From the human T2T-CHM13v2.0 reference genome, Homo sapiens, in assembly GCF_009914755.1 (NCBI RefSeq), contig NC_060926.1: a stretch of DNA of 64,000 nt. One strand, 5' to 3'. Position 1 is the stretch's first letter; every line of letters begins with the position of its first letter. Made by a program: the position numbers and the translations under genes. Positions 59,971 to 64,000 of this stretch are shown here, in pieces. The notes under the pieces are model-generated. The model worked only from the letters and a program-made list of their open reading frames with translations. It had not been told where the DNA came from and made no database searches.

Positions 59971-60133
59971 ATAGTGTGGACTGGGGTTGGCACACGCCAG
60001 CTTGCAGGAGCTCATCATGTCTGCCTTTTCCCAAGTCTACGTTCAGTGATGTCACTGAAGTCAGCCGTGGGCAGTATCACACTGGAAATTAGCACACACT
60101 ACAATTTAGAGCTTCTTTACCTGCACACCACTG
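59971..60133 (+). mobile_element. MER63-like hAT MITE
   Basis: 'cgttcagtgatgtcac...ggaaattagc...gcacaccactg'. Confidence 0.6.
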
Positions 60134-60553
60134 CTAGATAGAGTAGCGCTGTGGCTCCCTCAGGTTATACACTTGACTTCCTGGAATGCAGTTTAAGATA
60201 ACGTAATCTGTTTTGTGAGGTTTCTTCACAATGTTCAGTGTTGACTCAAATTGAATTTCCTGTCAAGTAAGTAGTTTTTTTCTTTTCTCTCTCTTTTTTT
60301 GGTATTAGCCTTTAGAATTAGGCAAATGTTCTAAATAAAAGAAAAAAATCACCTGCAATTGTTGATTCATTTCAGATCTGTCTGCTGCTTCTTTAAATTT
60401 TATTTTTAACTAAATTATACATGTATATAGTTTAATCACTTAGTGGTATAAGTCCTTAAAGAAAACTCTGCAATTTCCTATTCCTTTCTGTTTTCCCTGC
60501 ACTGGTGGCAAACTTTTAGCAGATTCCTTGGGCATTAATCTATGTATTTCTAT

Positions 60554-60916
60554 TGCTTCGGCATTAATTATGTCTCCTCCAAATTCATATGTTGAAACCC
60601 TTACCCTAAATGTGACTATATTGGAGATTGAGCCTTTAAGAAAATAATTAAGTTTAAATGAGGTCCTAAGAGTAAAGCCTTAACCAAATAGGGCTGGTGT
60701 CCTTATAAGAAGAGGAAGAGATAGCAGAGCTGCTCTCTCTGCCATGTGAGGACAGTGAGGGGCACCCATCTGCAAGCCAGAAAGAGAGCCCTTGCCAGGA
60801 GCCAAATTGGCCAACACCTTGGTTTTGGACTTCTCAGGCTCCAGAAAATAAATTTCTGTTGTTTAAAACACCCAGTCTGTAGAATTCTGTTATGGCAACC
60901 TGAGTCAATGAAGACA
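60554..60916 (+). mobile_element. MLT1A solo LTR
   Basis: 'aaattcatatgttgaa...ggtgtccttataagaagagga...aagaca'; TSD tctat. Confidence 0.88.
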
Positions 60917-60967
60917 TCTATGAAACATGATTCTTTGGCCATTTCTGAGTTTTCCAGTTTTAGACAC

Positions 60968-63092
60968 TGTATTAGTCCATTCTCTCACTGCTAATAAAGA
61001 CACACCCCAAACTGGGTAATTTATAAAGGAAAGAGGTTTAACTGCTCACAGTTCTGCAGGGTTGGGGAGGCCTCAGGAAACTTACAATCATGGCGGAAGG
61101 GTAAGCAAACACATTGTTCTTCACATGGCAGCTGCAAGGAGAAGTGCAGAGAGAAGTCAGGGAAAGCACCTGATAAAACCATCGGATCTCAGGAGAACTA
61201 ACTCACAATCATGAGAACAACATGGAGGTAACTGCCCCCATGATTCAATTACCTCCCACCGAGTCCCTGCCATGATACATGGGAATCATGGGAACTATAG
61301 TTTAAGATGAGATTTGGGTGGGGACACAGCTAAACCATATTATTCCACTCCTGGCCCCTCCCTCATCTCATGTCCTCACAATTCAACACATAATCATGCC
61401 CTTACAACAGTCCCCCGAAGTCTTAACTCATTCCAGCTTTAACTCAAATGTCCAAGTCCAGTCTCGTCTGAGACAAGGCAAGTCCCTTCTACTTATGAGA
61501 CTGTAAAATCAAAAGCAAATTAGTTACTTCCTAGGTACAGTGGAGGTACAGGCATTGAGTAAATACACTCATTCCAAATGGGAGAAATTGGCCAAAACAA
61601 AGGGGCCACAGGCCCCCCAGAAGTTCAAAATCCAATGGGACAGTCATTAAACCTTAAAGTTCCAAAATGATCTTCTTTGATAACATGTCTCACATCCAGG
61701 GCATGCTGATGCAAGAGGTGGGCTCCGACAGCCATGGACAGCTCCACCTCTGTGGCTCTGCAGGGTATAACCCCCATCCTGGCTGCTTTCACAAGCTGGC
61801 TTAGAGTGTCTGTGGCTTTTCCAGGTGCATGGTACAAGCTGTCTGTGAATCTACCATTCTGGGGTCTGAAGGATGGTGGCCCTTCTCTCACAGCTCCACT
61901 AGGCAGTGTTCCCGTGGGGACTTTGTGTGTGGGCTCTGACCCCACATTTCCCTTCTTCACTGCCCTAGCCAAGGTTCTCCATGAGGGCCCCACCCCTGAA
62001 GCAAACTTTTGCCTGGATATCCAGGTGTTTCCATACAACCTCTGAAATCTAGGCAGAGGTTCCCAAACCTCAATTCTTGACTTCTGTGCACCTGAAGGCT
62101 CAACACCACGTCAAAGCGGCCAAGGTTTGGGGTTTGCACCTCTGAAGCCACAACCTGAGCTGTACCTTGGCCCACTTTAGCCATGGCTGGAGCATCTGAG
62201 ACACAGAACACCAAGTCCTGAGGCTACACACAGCAGGAGGTCCCAGGGCTCGGCCCACAAAACCATTTTTTCCTCCTAGGCCTCCTGGTCTGCAATGGGC
62301 AGGGCTGCTGTGAAGGTCTTTGACATGCCCTGGAAACATTTTCCTCATTGTGTTGGTGATTAACATTTAGCTTGTTATTTATGCACATTTCTGCAGCAGG
62401 CTTGAATTTATTCCCAGAAAATGGGTTTTTCTTTTCTATTGCATCATCAGGCTGCAAATTTTCCTAGCTTTTATGCTCTGCTTCCTCTTGAATTTTTTGC
62501 TGGTTAGAAATTTCTCTGCCAGATACCCTAGATCATCTCTCTCAAGTTCAAATTTCCACAGATCTCTAGGGCAGTGGCGAAATGCTTCCAGTCTCTTTGC
62601 TAAAGCACAACAAGAGTGACCTTTAATCCAGTTCCCAACAAGTTCCTTATTTCCATCCGAGACCACCTCAGCCTGGACTTTATTGTCCATATCACTATCA
62701 GCATTTAGGTCAAAGTTATTCAACAAGTCTCTAAGAATTTCCAAACTTTCCCACATCTTCCTGTCTTCTTCTGAGCCCTCCAAACTGTTCCAACCTCTGC
62801 CTGTTACCAAGTTCCAAAATCGCTTCTACATTTCAGGTATTCTTATAGCAGGACCTCACTTCTGGTATCAATATACTGTATTAGTCTATTCTCATGCTGT
62901 GAATAAAGACATACCTGAGACTGAGTAATTTATAAAGGAAAGAGTTTTAATTCAATCACAGTTATGAGGGCTGGGGAGGGGCCTTGGGAAACATATAATC
63001 ATGGTGGAAGGGGAAGCAAACACATCTTTCTTCACATGGTGACAGCAAGAAGTGCAGAGTGAAGGGAGGGACAACCCCTGATAAAACCATCA
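60968..63092 (-). mobile_element. THE1 (C/D-like) MaLR provirus: 3' LTR 60968-61342, internal 61343-62876, truncated 5' LTR 62877-63092
   Basis: Two colinear LTRs starting 'tgtattagtc' flank ~1.5 kb of MaLR internal sequence. Confidence 0.9.
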
Positions 63093-63339
63093 ACCTTAAC
63101 TATGTCTCATGTTTTCTCTTATAGAAATTTGTCTTTATCCAGAATAAACTTTGAGTCTTTTGCTAAGATACAAGTGGAATTATCACACCCTACCTATATA
63201 GAGTGGAAACAAAGATGAGAATTTAACTTTTTTTTTTGAACAAACATTCTACAAATTCTCCTTATTTTAACCACTCTTTGTATCTTCATTTTCAAAGGAA
63301 ACTGGTGCTATTAATTTCTGAGTCTTCAGGAAATTCTCT

Positions 63340-63950
63340 GTACATTATGTTGCTTCTTAGCATGACATAGCAATAGCCAGGGGCCAGCATGGCCTCACTC
63401 GAAGGCGGGAAAAGAGAGAAAGAGCTGAGATCAGAGAGGCAGTCAGGAGCAGACAAGGCAGGGTGTAGGCCAGTGTTTGACTTGGACTTCTAATGTGCCC
63501 GTGGTGGAGAGACATTGAGTGGTGATGCAGAAAAGAAATGTGATCTGGTCCTGTAAAGAATGATTCAACCTGCCCAGTAGAGAATATCTGGCACGGGGGA
63601 AAAACATAAGCAGTGGAACTGATGGGGAAGTGTTGCAGTGGTCTTGATGACAGGAGGGCCTGGCTTGGACTAGGGCGTAGAGTGGAAGAAATGAAGATTT
63701 TTTGAATAGCGAGTATTTTGAGTCAGAGTCTCAGGGATCTGATGACGTGGAGTTCAGAGAGAGACATCAAAATAACTGACTCCCAGGTAGATGACCTGAC
63801 CAAAGGGTGAGTGGCATCCCCACACTCCGGGCCGCCCAGGAAGAGCAGTTCGGGGCCTTGAAAAAGGTGATAATCATGAAATTACCTCAAATTGCATTGG
63901 AGATATTTCAAGTTAGCCAGATAAATATATACTGCATGGGAGTGTCTTCA
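63340..63950 (-). mobile_element. L2 fragment
   Basis: Purine-rich L2 antisense motifs ('gtgatctgg', 'cctggcttggactagg', 'tgactcccagg'). Confidence 0.6.
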
Positions 63951-64000
63951 AAATCAATTTTCCTGGAGTTAGAAAAATAGATGGGTTAGGTACAAGCTAA

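Noticed and set aside
61625-62928. ORFs in the THE1 internal region
   Set aside because: Broken remnants of the MaLR internal ORF.

Overview
Human genomic DNA (it carries an AluYb-lineage element with the 7-bp duplication). The window is intergenic or deep-intronic and dominated by repeats; no cellular protein-coding exon could be recognised. Main contents: (i) a full-length ~6.0 kb L1PA3-type LINE-1 (27157-33228, +) with a perfect 16-bp TSD, a disabled ORF1, an uninterrupted 1275-aa ORF2 and an open antisense ORF0; (ii) a nested retroviral structure at ~35-47.4 kb, in which an old L1M hosts HERV-L/MLT2A, which hosts an antisense tRNA-Pro-primed HUERS-P3/MER61-like ERV1 carrying an LTR8 fragment, later fused by a deletion and leaving two divergent LTRs ~255 bp apart; (iii) a THE1 MaLR provirus, several MaLR solo LTRs, seven Alus (Ya-, Yb- and Yd-lineage, S and J), DNA-transposon MITEs including an internally expanded MADE1, and L2/MIR relics; (iv) three unusual non-tandem local direct repeats (~218, 104 and ~78 bp), one a very long TSD around an L1PA7 stub and one bracketing a CpG-rich retrocopy-like segment of unidentified parent. 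Subfamily names come from recalled consensus sequences, not from a search.
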